Shown: positions 1 through 11,206, counted from the stretch's first letter. The stretch: 64,000 nt of DNA from Deltaproteobacteria bacterium (GCA_052390235.1 JBQTHB010000002.1:224001-288000); one strand, 5' to 3'. Program-made: numbers and translations. Notes: generated from the letters alone by a model not told the origin.

Positions 1-2
1 TT

Positions 3-473
3 GTCGCGCCGCTTGCGGGGCAATCCGTTGACAATTACGAGGCGGTTTTCGGTATCAACGTCAGAGGGGTTTATCTCTCGATGAAATACGAGATCCCACA
101 GATGCTAAGCCGTGGCGGGGGCGCGATAGTCAATATGGCTTCAGTTGCGGGTTTGATAGGGTTTCCGGGGATGTCTCTATATGTCGCCAGCAAACACGCA
201 GTGCTAGGGCTTACCAAAACGGCGGCGCTTGAATACGCTAAATCTGGGATACGTATCAATGCGCTAAATCCGGCGGCAATCGAGACCGAAATGGTAGATC
301 GCTTTGTAGGCAGGGAAGGAGAGATCAGAGACCAACTCGCCGCCATGCACCCGATTGGCAGAATGGGGAAATCTGAAGAGATTGCAAGCGCGGCGCTTTA
401 TCTCTGCTCGGATGGAGCCTCTTTCATCACGGGACAGTCGCTAACCATAGACGGCGGATTTACGGCTCAGTAA
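3..473 (+). CDS. SDR family oxidoreductase (5'-truncated by window edge)
   Basis: Frame open from nt 3; NMAS, YVASK catalytic motif, C-terminal ITGQSLTIDGG. Confidence 0.9.
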   Translation, partial: VAPLAGQSVDNYEAVFGINVRGVYLSMKYEIPQMLSRGGGAIVNMASVAGLIGFPGMSLYVASKHAVLGLTKTAALEYAKSGIRINALNPAAIETEMVDRFVGREGEIRDQLAAMHPIGRMGKSEEIASAALYLCSDGASFITGQSLTIDGGFTAQ

Positions 474-560
474 TCGCTCATATCCTAATTTTTTGTTGAT
501 TTGTGTTCCGTGCGTTCTCAGTGACTTACTAAGCTCGCCACTGGCTTGATGAGGATTAGG

Positions 561-610
561 CGGGGATTGAGAAGCCTCGGCTTTTATCGGCGAGGGAATT
601 TCAATCCCCG
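561..610. terminator. Inverted repeat between convergent SDR and pckA genes, probable terminator
   Basis: CGGGGATTGA ... TCAATCCCCG arms with inner CCTCG/CGAGG. Confidence 0.55.
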
Positions 611-620
611 GGGCAGGTTT

Positions 621-2186
621 TTATCCTACTATGTTTTTGTATTCTCTCTCAAACCTCTCCGCGAGTTCTGATGCTTTGGCGTCGTATTCGGCGGCGTCTT
701 TCCAAGTCTGCCTTGGCGCTAGGAGCTTGGCATCCACTCCGGGACAGCCCTCCGGCACGAGTAGCCCAAATATTGGGATTTCCTTGAATGAGCCTCTGGC
801 TAGAGTCCCATCAATAGCCGCTTTTGCTAGGGCGCGGGTTTCGGGAAGCGGCATTCTCTTTCCGATTCCGTATCCGCCTCCTGTAAGTCCCGTATTGAGT
901 AGCCATACGCTCGCCTGGCTTTTTTCGAGCCTCTCTTTGAGCATAGCGGCGTAATATACCGGCGGTCTTGGAAGGAACGGGGCTCCGAAGCAGGAGCTAA
1001 ACGTCGCCTGAGGCTCTTTCACGCCGCGCTCCGTGCCGGCTACTTTTGCCGTGTATCCGAGGATGAAGTAGCGCATTGCCTGCTCGGTTGAGAGCTTCGC
1101 TATCGGGGGAAGCACGCCGAACGCATCGTAGGTGAGCATAAATATCGTCTTTGGCGCCCCGCCCATGCCGGACGTGACGATGCGCGGGAGATAGTCTATC
1201 GGGTATGCGCCGCGCGTGTTCTCGGTGAGGGAGTCGTTGTCATAGTCAACGGCGCGGGTTTCGGGATGAATCACCACGTTCTCAAGCACCGTGCCAAATT
1301 TAAGCGAAGCCTGATGGATCTCCGGCTCAGTCTTGGGGTTGAGTTTAATCATCTTGGCGTAGCATCCGCCCTCAAAGTTGAACACCCCGCCCTCGAACCA
1401 GCCGTGTTCGTCGTCGCCTATGAGGTCGCGCTCAGGGTCGGCGGAAAGGGTGGTTTTCCCGGTGCCTGATAGCCCGAAAAAGAGCGCCACATCCGCGCCT
1501 GCGCCGACGTTTGCGGAGCAGTGCATGGGGAATACTCCCTGCGCGGGAAGGAGGAAATTAAGCGCGCTGAAGACGGATTTTTTCATCTCCCCGGCGTAAT
1601 GAGTGCCACCGATGAGGGCGATTTTCTTCTCTAAATTCAAAATAACGAAGGTTGAGCTTTTAGTTCCGTCCCTCTCCGGCACGGCTTTAAAGGTCGGGGC
1701 GCAAATCACTGTAAACCCTACGGATTTATGGGGCAGTTCTTCGGGTTTTGGCCTGATGAACAGGTTGTTGACAAAGACGTTGTGCCAGGCGAACTCCCCT
1801 ATGACGCGAATTGCCATGCGGTAGGACGGGTGCGCGCAGGAGAACAGGTCTCTTACGAATAAATCTCTGCCTTCCATATATTCGAGAACCCGCTTGTGAA
1901 GGGCGTCAAATACGGCGGGGTCAAACGGCTGATTCACTCTGCCCCAGAGTACGTCGTTTTCCGTAACCGAGTCCTTCACTATGTATCTATCCGACGGGGA
2001 GCGTCCCGTGTGGGGGGCGGTGTAGGCGACTAGGGTTCCGCCCTGAGCAATTTTGCCCTCTCCGCGGCGTATGGATTCTTCGTAGAGTTCGGGGATAGGC
2101 AGGTTGTAGTAAATCCTGCCCGGGTTTTTAATGCCTTGATTGCTTAGCAATTCTTTATCTACAGACATTTGCTTTGAATCCTCCAT
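621..2186 (-). CDS. pckA: Phosphoenolpyruvate carboxykinase (ATP)
   Basis: GLSGTGKTTLS P-loop, IGDDEHGW, NFEGGCYAK, ENTR motifs. Confidence 0.97.
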   Translation of the reverse strand: MEDSKQMSVDKELLSNQGIKNPGRIYYNLPIPELYEESIRRGEGKIAQGGTLVAYTAPHTGRSPSDRYIVKDSVTENDVLWGRVNQPFDPAVFDALHKRVLEYMEGRDLFVRDLFSCAHPSYRMAIRVIGEFAWHNVFVNNLFIRPKPEELPHKSVGFTVICAPTFKAVPERDGTKSSTFVILNLEKKIALIGGTHYAGEMKKSVFSALNFLLPAQGVFPMHCSANVGAGADVALFFGLSGTGKTTLSADPERDLIGDDEHGWFEGGVFNFEGGCYAKMIKLNPKTEPEIHQASLKFGTVLENVVIHPETRAVDYDNDSLTENTRGAYPIDYLPRIVTSGMGGAPKTIFMLTYDAFGVLPPIAKLSTEQAMRYFILGYTAKVAGTERGVKEPQATFSSCFGAPFLPRPPVYYAAMLKERLEKSQASVWLLNTGLTGGGYGIGKRMPLPETRALAKAAIDGTLARGSFKEIPIFGLLVPEGCPGVDAKLLAPRQTWKDAAEYDAKASELAERFEREYKNIVG

Positions 2187-2258
2187 TTGATTCTGCTTTA
2201 ATAAAAATTTAATAAAATGTATGGGTATCTTGGGATAAGGGGACTTATCTTACGATGG

Positions 2259-2669
2259 TTACTCGGCCGGCTCCGCTCCTAGAATTTCTATGGATCCCGC
2301 CCGGACGCCCCCGGCTATCGCCCCGAAAGGAGAGCCGCCCTCGAGATAGACTCCCTTGCTTCGGGGCGGAAGGGTTACCGGTAGCGCCCCGCGCTCTACG
2401 GCTACCTGCCTCCCGTAGCCGGAGCCGCTTGTGGAATAATACCGCACTAGGGCTTTGACGTTTTTATACTGCACGTCGCTTGTGTTCTCTATCATGACGT
2501 GATGAATTATACCTACTCCTCTTGCGGAATAAATAGAAAAGTCGGTAATTTTTATATACCTCTGGGGATGCGAAAACTGCGGATTACCGCTTTCTGGCTC
2601 ATCGCCTGCGACTGCAAAAACGTACAGACCCAATAGAACGAATGAGACGGCAATTATCCTGCGCAGCAT
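2259..2669 (-). CDS. Secreted hypothetical protein
   Basis: Signal peptide, SD AAGGAGG upstream, beta-rich mature part; no function recognised. Confidence 0.75.
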   Translation of the reverse strand: MLRRIIAVSFVLLGLYVFAVAGDEPESGNPQFSHPQRYIKITDFSIYSARGVGIIHHVMIENTSDVQYKNVKALVRYYSTSGSGYGRQVAVERGALPVTLPPRSKGVYLEGGSPFGAIAGGVRAGSIEILGAEPAE

Positions 2670-2853
2670 CCTGTTTCCCTCCTTTAGAGATTCTATATTC
2701 TACCCAAATAAAATCTTAGTTCGATAGCCCCCCAATGGCAATAACCGAATCACTTAGAACTCCCCATATTCTGCCCCTCGCCCCGTTTATCTTCCCCCTC
2801 GAGTTGTGATAGACTAACCCCCAGGGCTAATCAATATCTCAGAGGTCTCGATA

Positions 2854-3519
2854 ATGGCGCGAATGGAAATTTCATCGGTGATGGAAGACTACCTCAAGGC
2901 GATTTTCACCCTTCACCGCGAAAAGGGCAGGGCTAACACCAACGACATCGCAAAAGCCGTCAAAGTGTCCGCTCCAACCGTAACGCAGACAATAAAACGC
3001 CTGGTCGAGCTTCAACTTGCCGAACACGTCCCCTACAAGGGCGTTATCCTCACCCCTGCTGGAGAGAAAATCGCTATCGAGGTCATACGCCATCACCGCC
3101 TCATCGAGCGTTACCTGCACGAAGCCCTCGGCATCCCCTGGGATCAAGTCCACAAAGAGGCTGAACTCCTAGAGCATGTCATCTCAGAAGAGGTCGAGAA
3201 GAAGATGGCGGAATTTCTGAATCACCCCACGCGAGACCCTCACGGCTCGCCGATACCGTCGCCCGATTTGGTGCTTGAAGATGAGGATTCAGTTCCGCTC
3301 TCGGATATAGGCGAGGGCGAAGAAGCCTCAGTCGCCGAGGTGCCGGACGAAGACCCGGATTTGCTCCAATATATTGAGGGGCTTGGGCTAGTTCCCAATA
3401 CGAGGTTTAGGGTTCAGAGCACAGAGCCGTACGGAGGCTCGATAGTGCTGGAGGTAGCGGGGGAGCGCGTGAGGCTTGGGGCTGAAGCCGCCCGACTCAT
3501 CAAAGCCAGAAGGCTCTAG
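2854..3519 (+). CDS. DtxR/MntR family metal-dependent transcriptional regulator with FeoA-like C-terminal domain
   Basis: EDYLKAI wHTH, RHHRLIERYL, EAELLEH, DPHGSPIP. Confidence 0.93.
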   Translation: MARMEISSVMEDYLKAIFTLHREKGRANTNDIAKAVKVSAPTVTQTIKRLVELQLAEHVPYKGVILTPAGEKIAIEVIRHHRLIERYLHEALGIPWDQVHKEAELLEHVISEEVEKKMAEFLNHPTRDPHGSPIPSPDLVLEDEDSVPLSDIGEGEEASVAEVPDEDPDLLQYIEGLGLVPNTRFRVQSTEPYGGSIVLEVAGERVRLGAEAARLIKARRL

Positions 3520-3586
3520 GCGGTCATTTCGTTCGGCGTTTGGGATGAGAGCTACACCCCCGCCTGTCCTGGGAATCATAGAACAA

Positions 3587-5053
3587 TCACTCCATCTTCA
3601 CGCCCATGTAAATTGTGTTCTCTTCCCTTTTTATGAGAAAAAGCCCGTTTTTTCTCTTCTGTATATCGCCTAGTCCCTTCTTGTAATCGCCAATGCCACC
3701 GACGGCAATCCTGTTTATCTCGATAATAAAATCCCCGGCTCGAAATCCCGATTCCTCGGCTATGCCTCCGGGGGATACTTCGATAATTACGACCCCCGAA
3801 TCCTCGCTCAAATTAAACCGGCTTTTCAGTTCAGGGGTGATTGCTTCCCCGTTCAATCCGAGCTTCTCCTCGATTTTCGCCTCTTCGTCCTCTCCGGCGC
3901 TATCGCCCAGTGCAATCTGGTCAGGGAGTTCGCCGACGACAAGCGCAATTTCCCTCTCGCCGCCCTCTCTCATCACCTTTAGCGTCGCCTTTGACCCCGG
4001 AGCGATTTGAGCGACTTTCGACGTAAGCTCAGACACGGTGCTTATACTCTCCCCGTTTAGGGCTATGATAATGTCGCCGCGCTTGAGTCCCGATTTTTCC
4101 GCAGGCCCTTGCGGGGTGATGTCAGCCACAAGCGCCCCCTGAGTTTCCCCCAGCCCAATGCCTTCGGCTATCTCCGGCGTAACGCTCTGGATTGACACCC
4201 CAAGCCACCCGCGGACGACTTTTCCCTTGCCTTTTAGCTGCTCGACGACGCTTTTTACTATATTTATCGGAATGGCGAACCCTATTCCCTGTCCTCCGGC
4301 GATGATGGCGCTATCAACCCCGACTACCTCTCCTTTGAGGTTGAAAAGCGGCCCTCCGCTGTTGCCGGGATTTATCGCCGCGTCGGTTTGAATAAAATCG
4401 TCGTAGTTGCCGAGTCCAAGCACTCTCCCCGTTGCGCTGACTATCCCCGCCGTAACCGTGTGTCCAAGCCCGAAGGGGTTTCCTATGGCGATGACCCAAT
4501 CCCCTATGCGAAGGGCGGAGGAGTCGCCGAGAACTACGGCTTTCATTTCCTCTTTCGCCTCGATTTTAAGAAGCGCAAGGTCGGTTTTCGGGTCTTTGCC
4601 GACGATTTTGGCTTTATACTTTTTGCCGTCCTCTAGGATGATTTCGATGTCCTCGGCTCGGTCAATTACGTGGTTGTTCGTTACGATGTAGCCGTCCTCG
4701 CTGATGATAAACCCTGAACCGAGTCCCTTTTGCCGAAATTCCCTCTGCGGAATCTGCTGTCCAAAGAATTTTTTAAAGAACTCCTCGAACTGGTCTCCCT
4801 CGCCGAAAGGGGATTTATATTGAAACCCCCTTTGACGCACTACGCTCGTCGTGCTTATGTTGACGACCGAGGGCTTCATGGTCTGCACCAAATCGGCAAA
4901 GGACGGAAACCCCTGAGCGGGAATTTCTGCCGCCCCCTGCTGCGCGCCGGATTCGGGTTCTTTGGCGTCGTTTTTTGGCGCCCTCTCGCACGATGCGAAA
5001 AACGCCAGCGCAATCAACGGTATTAGAACAGCAAAGGACAAAAACCGCTTCAT
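3587..5053 (-). CDS. DegP/DegQ (Do) serine protease with two PDZ domains
   Basis: GSGFII, TNNHV, QTDAAINPGNSGGPL; lipobox-like FFASC. Confidence 0.95.
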   Translation of the reverse strand: MKRFLSFAVLIPLIALAFFASCERAPKNDAKEPESGAQQGAAEIPAQGFPSFADLVQTMKPSVVNISTTSVVRQRGFQYKSPFGEGDQFEEFFKKFFGQQIPQREFRQKGLGSGFIISEDGYIVTNNHVIDRAEDIEIILEDGKKYKAKIVGKDPKTDLALLKIEAKEEMKAVVLGDSSALRIGDWVIAIGNPFGLGHTVTAGIVSATGRVLGLGNYDDFIQTDAAINPGNSGGPLFNLKGEVVGVDSAIIAGGQGIGFAIPINIVKSVVEQLKGKGKVVRGWLGVSIQSVTPEIAEGIGLGETQGALVADITPQGPAEKSGLKRGDIIIALNGESISTVSELTSKVAQIAPGSKATLKVMREGGEREIALVVGELPDQIALGDSAGEDEEAKIEEKLGLNGEAITPELKSRFNLSEDSGVVIIEVSPGGIAEESGFRAGDFIIEINRIAVGGIGDYKKGLGDIQKRKNGLFLIKREENTIYMGVKME

Positions 5054-5182
5054 AAATTACCTCCTGCGGGCGGACTTAGTACGGAGAGGCCGCGCCTTTG
5101 GAATTTTATTATAGCATAACCCGTTCTGCGGGATTCACGATGACAATATGGGGTTCTAGGGCGTCGCTCCGAGTCCCACTCT

Positions 5183-5271
5183 CGTCATTTCGAGCGATAG
5201 AGAGAAATCTTACAATACGGTGAGAAATCCTGAATTGAATTTCTCAGTCGCAAAGCCCCATCAAAATGACA
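5183..5271 (+). repeat. GTCAT...ATGAC palindromic intergenic repeat, copy 1
   Basis: CGTCATTTCGAGCGATAGAGAGAAATC ... AAAATGACA; shared with copies at 10191, 33645, 45480. Confidence 0.85.
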
Positions 5272-5368
5272 TATTCCGCTCGCGCCGCTGGGCTTCCCCT
5301 CATACTCATTTAACAAATGGATTGCGCTAGAAATCTCCCCCTGCGTTCTGTAGAATTTCCCCTCAGAG

Positions 5369-6418
5369 ATGAAACGAAAATCCATTGCCGAGCTTCTTGG
5401 AATCGAGCTTCCAATCATCCAAGCCCCAATGGCTGGGTCCCAGGGTAGCCCCTTGGCCATCGCCGTCTCCGAAGCCGGAGGGCTCGGTTCGCTCCCCTGC
5501 GCGATGCTCGCGCCGGATGCGATGAGACGAGAGCTTTCCGCTATAAAGTCTGCCACGTCAAAGCCGGTCAGCGTCAATTTCTTCTGCCATGCGGCTCCCA
5601 AACCTGACCCGGAGCGGGAGCGCGCATGGAGGGAGATTCTCGCCCCCTACTACAGGGAGTTTCAAATTGACATCGGGAGCATTCCCGCCGGAGGCGGACG
5701 CGAGCCGTTCGGTCATGACGCAGCCGATGTTATAGCCGAATTTAAGCCCGCAGTCGTGAGTTTCCACTTTGGTCTTCCATCTGGGGATTTGCTTCGGCGC
5801 GCGCAGGGGAGCGGGGCGAAGATTCTCTCCACGGCTACGACTGTGAATGAGGCTCTATGGCTTGAGGAGAGGGGTGTTGACGCCGTCATTGCGCAGGGGC
5901 TTGAGGCAGGAGGGCATCGGGGGATGTTCTTATCGAGCGACGTATCCGAGCAGGCAGGCACGTTCGTCCTTGTCCCGCAGATTGTACAGGCAGTGAAAAT
6001 TCCCGTCATAGCCGCAGGCGGGATTGCCGATGCAAGGGCAGTAGCCGCCGCTATTTCGCTCGGAGCATCGGGGGTGCAGGTTGGCACGGCGTATCTGCTC
6101 TGCCCGGAGGCGGCGACAAGCCCAGTGCATCGAAGCTGGCTTGCCGGCAATGCGGCGCGGCACACGGCTATAACTAATATACTCTCAGGGCGTCCAGCGC
6201 GAGGAATAGTAAATCGAATCATCCGCGAGCTTGGGCTGATAAACCCCAACGCCCCCGAATTTCCGCTTGCCTCAGCCGCTCTCGCTCCCATCCGCGCCAA
6301 AGCCGAAAGTATGGGTATTGGGGATTTCTCGCCGCTTTGGGCGGGGCAGAACATCGGAGGGTGCGCCGAGGTTCCCGCCGCCGCGCTCACAGCCCGGCTA
6401 GCAGAGGGAGTGTATTAG
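5369..6418 (+). CDS. Nitronate monooxygenase family flavoprotein
   Basis: PIIQAPMAG, VSFHFG, QGLEAGGHRG, AAGGIAD, LWAGQ. Confidence 0.93.
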   Translation: MKRKSIAELLGIELPIIQAPMAGSQGSPLAIAVSEAGGLGSLPCAMLAPDAMRRELSAIKSATSKPVSVNFFCHAAPKPDPERERAWREILAPYYREFQIDIGSIPAGGGREPFGHDAADVIAEFKPAVVSFHFGLPSGDLLRRAQGSGAKILSTATTVNEALWLEERGVDAVIAQGLEAGGHRGMFLSSDVSEQAGTFVLVPQIVQAVKIPVIAAGGIADARAVAAAISLGASGVQVGTAYLLCPEAATSPVHRSWLAGNAARHTAITNILSGRPARGIVNRIIRELGLINPNAPEFPLASAALAPIRAKAESMGIGDFSPLWAGQNIGGCAEVPAAALTARLAEGVY

Positions 6419-6572
6419 AAAATTCCCTCTGGGCTCGGTACCGCCGCCGCGATGGCTTCGGCTATTGAAAAGGACGGGGATTCACATCGCCCTCTATATT
6501 CGCTTCGCCGCGGGCAGGGCGAGAATCGCCGATGCGTATGTGGCGGCATTTTAAATTCGTGGAGGTGAGCAA

Positions 6573-7652
6573 ATGTCCAATTCCGATTTTGATGAGGCGC
6601 GCGCCGAGGCGTTCTCCTCATATCTGCTACAAACCCTGAACGGAGGGGCTTTGTGTCTGATGATTTCCGTCGGACACCGCACGGGGCTATTTGATGCAAT
6701 GAGCGCTCTGCCCCCTTCAACGTCCGATGAGATTGCCAATGCCGCATCGCTCTGTGAACGTTATGTCCGCGAGTGGCTTGGGGCTATGGTAACGGGGCGA
6801 GTGGTCGAGCTAAATCCCGAAACCTCGCGCTATTTCCTTCCAAAAGAACACGCGGCGCTCCTCACGAGGGCGGCGGTATCGGATAATATTTCCGTCTTTG
6901 CTCAATACATAGCGGTTCTCGGAGGCGTCGAAGATGAAATAGTCGAGCGCTTCAAAAAAGGCGGCGGCGTTCCATACTCGAAATTTACGCGCTTCCACGA
7001 GGTAATGGCCGAAGACAGCGGGCAGTCGGTCATCTCGTCTCTGGAATCGCACATCATCCCTCTTGTGCCGGGGCTTGCCCAAAAATTCGCCGGCGGCGTC
7101 CGAATGCTAGATGTTGGATGTGGCAGGGGGCGGATTATAAATCGCCTAGCCGCGCTGTATCCAAAGAGCCGGTTTACTGGCATAGATTTATCCGAGGAAG
7201 CAATTGCCTATGCGAGGGGCGAAGCGTTAAGGGCGGGATGCTCGAATGTTGATTTTACTGCGCGGGATTTGAGCGATTTCCACGAGACAGCCGAGCCAGA
7301 GTCTTTCGATTTCATCACCACCTTTGACGCAGTGCATGACCAAGCCAAGCCGCTGAGTGTCCTCATGGGAATCCACAGAGCGCTAAAGCCCGAAGGCGTA
7401 TATCTGATGCAGGATATAAGTGGAACGAGCCATCTTCACAAGGACACGGCGCATCCCATCGGGACTCTGCTCTACACGGTCTCCTGTATGCACTGTATGA
7501 CGGTATCGTTAGCGCAAGGGGGAGAGGGGGTTGGGGCTATGTGGGGAGAGGAGATGACTCGCAGGTACCTCGCCAAAGCGGGATTCCGCTCTGTTGAGAC
7601 CCACACGCTCGCCCACGACATTCAGAATAACTGGTACGTTGCGAGGAAGTGA
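6573..7652 (+). CDS. Class I SAM-dependent methyltransferase with N-terminal wHTH (Rv2258c-like)
   Basis: ERYVREWL, LDVGCGRG, FDAVHDQ, SCMHCMTVSLAQGG; SD GGAGG. Confidence 0.9.
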   Translation: MSNSDFDEARAEAFSSYLLQTLNGGALCLMISVGHRTGLFDAMSALPPSTSDEIANAASLCERYVREWLGAMVTGRVVELNPETSRYFLPKEHAALLTRAAVSDNISVFAQYIAVLGGVEDEIVERFKKGGGVPYSKFTRFHEVMAEDSGQSVISSLESHIIPLVPGLAQKFAGGVRMLDVGCGRGRIINRLAALYPKSRFTGIDLSEEAIAYARGEALRAGCSNVDFTARDLSDFHETAEPESFDFITTFDAVHDQAKPLSVLMGIHRALKPEGVYLMQDISGTSHLHKDTAHPIGTLLYTVSCMHCMTVSLAQGGEGVGAMWGEEMTRRYLAKAGFRSVETHTLAHDIQNNWYVARK

Positions 7653-7690
7653 TTGTATGAGTCGCGCCATTTTTCTGCTTTCGCCTAGAA

Positions 7691-10015
7691 TTAAAGTTTT
7701 ATCCCTCTGAGCCTCAGGGCGTTGGCAATGACCGACACCGAGCTGAGAGTCATCGCCAATGCCGCCAACATCGGACTCATCAGCCATCCGAGCCACGGAT
7801 AGAGCGCGCCGGCGGCAATGGGAACTGCGGCGGCGTTGTAAATAAAGGCGAAAAAGAGATTTTCTTTGATATTTCGCATCGCGGCGCGGCTGAGTTCCAC
7901 CGCCTGCACAACCGCCGCCAAATCGCTTCTCAGAAGGGTAACCCCGGCGGCTTGCTTGGCGATGTCCGCCCCCGCCCCCATAGCCAGCCCCACATCTGCC
8001 TGAGCGAGCGCCGGAGCGTCGTTCACCCCGTCTCCAGCCATTGCCACGATATTCCCCTCGGCTTGGAGCTTTTTGACGATTTCGGCTTTATTGATGGGGG
8101 ACATGGCGGCATAGACCTCGCCGATTCCGAGCGCGGAAGCTGCGATGCGGCTGTTCGCTTCGCCGTCTCCGGTAGCGATAACGACTCGAATCCCCATTTG
8201 CCGTAGCCGGGAAACCGCGCTCAGCGACGATTCCCGTATCTTATCGCGGATGCCTATGACTCCGGCGGGCAGGGCATCAATAGCGATGAACACAGCCGTC
8301 TGCCCCCGCGCTCTCAATTGTTCTGCCCTCTCCATGAGATGGGAAATATCAATCCCAAGCCCTGCGAATAGATACTCATTTCCGGCGGCGATGGATTTGT
8401 TGTCGACCGAGCCGGTTACGCCGCTCCCCGGCGCATAGCGAAAATCCTCGGCCGCTGGGATGCTGATTCCCCTGCGCGCCGCTTCCCGCGCTATAGCCGA
8501 TGCAAGCGGGTGTTCGCTTCCGCCCTCGACGGCCGCCGAGAGCCGAATAAGTTCTGTCTCTGAGTATTCACCGTAGGGAAGGGCCGAGACGACGGCGGGC
8601 TTGCCCTCTGTTATCGTGCCGGTTTTATCCAAGACCAAAACCTGAATTTTGCCGAGGACTTCAAGCGCCTCCGCGCTTTTTATTAGCACCCCCGACTGCG
8701 TTCCCCTGCCCACGGCAACTGTTACGGACATCGGAGTGGCAAGCCCCAGCGCGCACGGACAGGCGATTATCAGCGCCGATGCGGCGGCGGCGATGGCGTG
8801 GGGCAGATTCGGCTCAGACGGCAGAGCGAGCCAAGAGGCAAACGAAATTGCGGCGATGAGAAAAACCACAGGCACAAAATACGAAGAGATGGCGTCAGCG
8901 AGCCTCTGCGCAGGGGCCCGGCTTGCGAGGGTGGCGTTAACCGTCTGCGTTATCCGAGCAATCATGGTGTCATCCCCTACCTTCTCGGCGCGCATCACAA
9001 ACGCTCCCATGAGATTCAGCGTTCCGCCCGTAACGGGGTCGCCCCCCGCTTTCTCCACGGGAATCGGCTCGCCGGTTATCATGGATTCGTCCACTGAGCT
9101 ACTCCCTTCTATCAGCGCTCCATCTACTGGGATTGTCTCTCCGGGGCGAACCCTGAGGCTATCGCCGCGCCTTATGGTCTCAACAGGCACGCTCTGTTCC
9201 GTACCGTCATGGCGTATAACTGCCGCCCTCCGGGGAACTAGGCTCATCAGCGAGAGAATCGCGGAGCGGGTTTGGCGGCGGGCTTTGAGTTCGAGAATCT
9301 GCCCAAGAATCGTCAGGGTTACAATGACCGAGGCCGACTCGAAATAGACATTCCCCGCGGGATTGCCCGAAACTGCCGAAATAGCGGCGGACACCGCGCT
9401 GTAGAGATAGGCGACTCCGACCCCCACAGCGATGAGCGTAAACATATTGGGGCTCCGATTCACGATGGACGCCCACGCCCGGTGGAAAATGGGAAACCCT
9501 CCCCACAGGACGACGGGAGTAGTGAAAACGAACTGAAGCCCGATGAGAGCGGCAGAAGTAGCGCTGCCCATATCGAACATTGCGATAATAAACACCGGCG
9601 CAGTGAGCGCCAGGCACGTCCAAAACCGCTTTGTCATTCGGGAGAGTTCCAATACGCCCTCTTCGCGCGCAACGCGCCGAGGCTCTAAATCCATGCCGCA
9701 GATGGGGCAGAACCCCGGGGCGGACTGCCTCACCTCCAAATCCATCGGACAGAAATACTCGGCCTCTCCCGGAGGTATAGAGGGGGCTAGCGAGGCGGAA
9801 TCATCTGTGGCGGGCTGGAGGAATTTATCCGGGTCTCGACGGAATTTATCCAAACACGCGGCGCAGCAAAAGTAATAGGTGCTCCCCTCGTGAGCATGAC
9901 GGATGGCGGCGGCATCAGGGGTTACGCTCATACCGCAGACGGGGTCTCGCTCAGGCGGCGGCGAGGACTCTATTCTGCCAATCGGTTTATAGGTTCTTTT
10001 CGCAGTCGTTGACAT
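7691..10015 (-). CDS. copA: Cu(+)-type P1B ATPase with N-terminal YHS and Cys-rich metal-binding domains
   Basis: DPVCGM..YYFC (YHS), [29 protein letters not shown] and MxxSS; start put at the ATG after SD GAGGGGA (track start 10045). Confidence 0.9.
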   Translation of the reverse strand: MSTTAKRTYKPIGRIESSPPPERDPVCGMSVTPDAAAIRHAHEGSTYYFCCAACLDKFRRDPDKFLQPATDDSASLAPSIPPGEAEYFCPMDLEVRQSAPGFCPICGMDLEPRRVAREEGVLELSRMTKRFWTCLALTAPVFIIAMFDMGSATSAALIGLQFVFTTPVVLWGGFPIFHRAWASIVNRSPNMFTLIAVGVGVAYLYSAVSAAISAVSGNPAGNVYFESASVIVTLTILGQILELKARRQTRSAILSLMSLVPRRAAVIRHDGTEQSVPVETIRRGDSLRVRPGETIPVDGALIEGSSSVDESMITGEPIPVEKAGGDPVTGGTLNLMGAFVMRAEKVGDDTMIARITQTVNATLASRAPAQRLADAISSYFVPVVFLIAAISFASWLALPSEPNLPHAIAAAASALIIACPCALGLATPMSVTVAVGRGTQSGVLIKSAEALEVLGKIQVLVLDKTGTITEGKPAVVSALPYGEYSETELIRLSAAVEGGSEHPLASAIAREAARRGISIPAAEDFRYAPGSGVTGSVDNKSIAAGNEYLFAGLGIDISHLMERAEQLRARGQTAVFIAIDALPAGVIGIRDKIRESSLSAVSRLRQMGIRVVIATGDGEANSRIAASALGIGEVYAAMSPINKAEIVKKLQAEGNIVAMAGDGVNDAPALAQADVGLAMGAGADIAKQAAGVTLLRSDLAAVVQAVELSRAAMRNIKENLFFAFIYNAAAVPIAAGALYPWLGWLMSPMLAALAMTLSSVSVIANALRLRGIKL

Positions 10016-10169
10016 TTCTCCCCTCGCCTTCTTTAGATGTTTCATTTACGCGCACAGATGTCAAGGATTGGGGGATATGTGAGGCGCGATGGAAGATGAA
10101 AATACATTAGCCCCGAACCGCGCCGAGGGATGAAACGCCTCTCAATAGGGGAGCAAACCCCTCGGATGG

Positions 10170-10272
10170 CGTCATTTCGACTCCCGCCCCTGTCATTTCG
10201 AGCGATAGCGAGAAATCCTGAGTAAGATTCTCCTCCCTCGGTTTGGAATGACACGGCGCAATGGCAATGACA
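10170..10272 (+). repeat. GTCAT...ATGAC palindromic repeat, copy 2
   Basis: TGTCATTTCGAGCGATAGCGAGAAATCCTGA ... GGAATGACA, with extra GTCAT/ATGAC arms. Confidence 0.85.
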
Positions 10273-10390
10273 ACGCCCCACTCAGGCGAGATACCGTCCC
10301 GCGTATCGCACATCCCACAATTGTTGACTTTATCTGCCGCGTCCATTAAATTTTCCCACAAAAAATCACATTGAAAGAGGTAATCCCAAA

Positions 10391-11206
10391 ATGGACTGGG
10401 GAATGAAAAACCGTATGGCTAGAATCATAAAACCCGAAACGGGGCGCGCGGTGATGCTTGCCGTGGACCACGGCTATTTTCTTGGGCCCACGTCGAGACT
10501 CGAGGTTCCGAGGGAAACCATCACGCCGCTGATTCCCTATGCCGACACCCTCATGCTCACACGTGGGGTTTTGCGCTCCTCGGTTGATGCGGATTCGAGC
10601 GTGAACGTGGTTCTGAGGGTTTCCGGCGGGACTAGCATAATAGGCCCCGCGCTCTCTGATGAGGGCATCACGACCTCAATCAAAGACGCTATCCGGCTCA
10701 ACGTTGCGGGCATAGGGCTATCGGTGTTCGTGGGAACGGAACACGAGCGGCAGACCCTTCTGTCTCTCGCCGAGCTTGTCAATCAGGGCGAGGAATACGG
10801 GATACCGGTGCTTGCCATAACGGCGGTAGGGCGCGAGCTTGAAAAGAGGGACGCCCGTTTTCTTTCACTCTGCTCCAGAATCTGCGCTGAACTCGGAGCG
10901 CACATCGTGAAAACCTACTACTGCGAGGATTTCGAGAAGGTTACGCAGAGCTGTCCCGTGCCTATAGTCATAGCCGGGGGCCCGAGGCTCAACACCGAAC
11001 TCGACGCCCTTGAGATGTGCCACAACGCCGTAAAGCAGGGCGCGGTAGGCGTGGATATGGGCAGAAATATCTGGCAGTCGGATTATCCCGTGCCGATGAT
11101 TCGCGCCATCAGAGCGGTTGTCCATGAGAATTACACCCCGAAGCAGGCGCACGAGGTGTTTAGAGCGGCTAAGGAAGAGGAAGCGGACAGGGCGGCGGCT
11201 GGGTAA
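10391..11206 (+). CDS. lsrF: LsrF-like class I aldolase/thiolase (DhnA family)
   Basis: MDWGMKNR start, LAVDHGYFLGP, KTYY, IAGG, DMGRNIWQ. Confidence 0.85.
   Translation: MDWGMKNRMARIIKPETGRAVMLAVDHGYFLGPTSRLEVPRETITPLIPYADTLMLTRGVLRSSVDADSSVNVVLRVSGGTSIIGPALSDEGITTSIKDAIRLNVAGIGLSVFVGTEHERQTLLSLAELVNQGEEYGIPVLAITAVGRELEKRDARFLSLCSRICAELGAHIVKTYYCEDFEKVTQSCPVPIVIAGGPRLNTELDALEMCHNAVKQGAVGVDMGRNIWQSDYPVPMIRAIRAVVHENYTPKQAHEVFRAAKEEEADRAAAG

Noticed and set aside
5713..9875. Long antisense/overlapping ORFs (5713-6390, 8649-9347 and similar throughout)
   Set aside because: Shadow frames of well-supported genes in GC-rich DNA, with no motifs.
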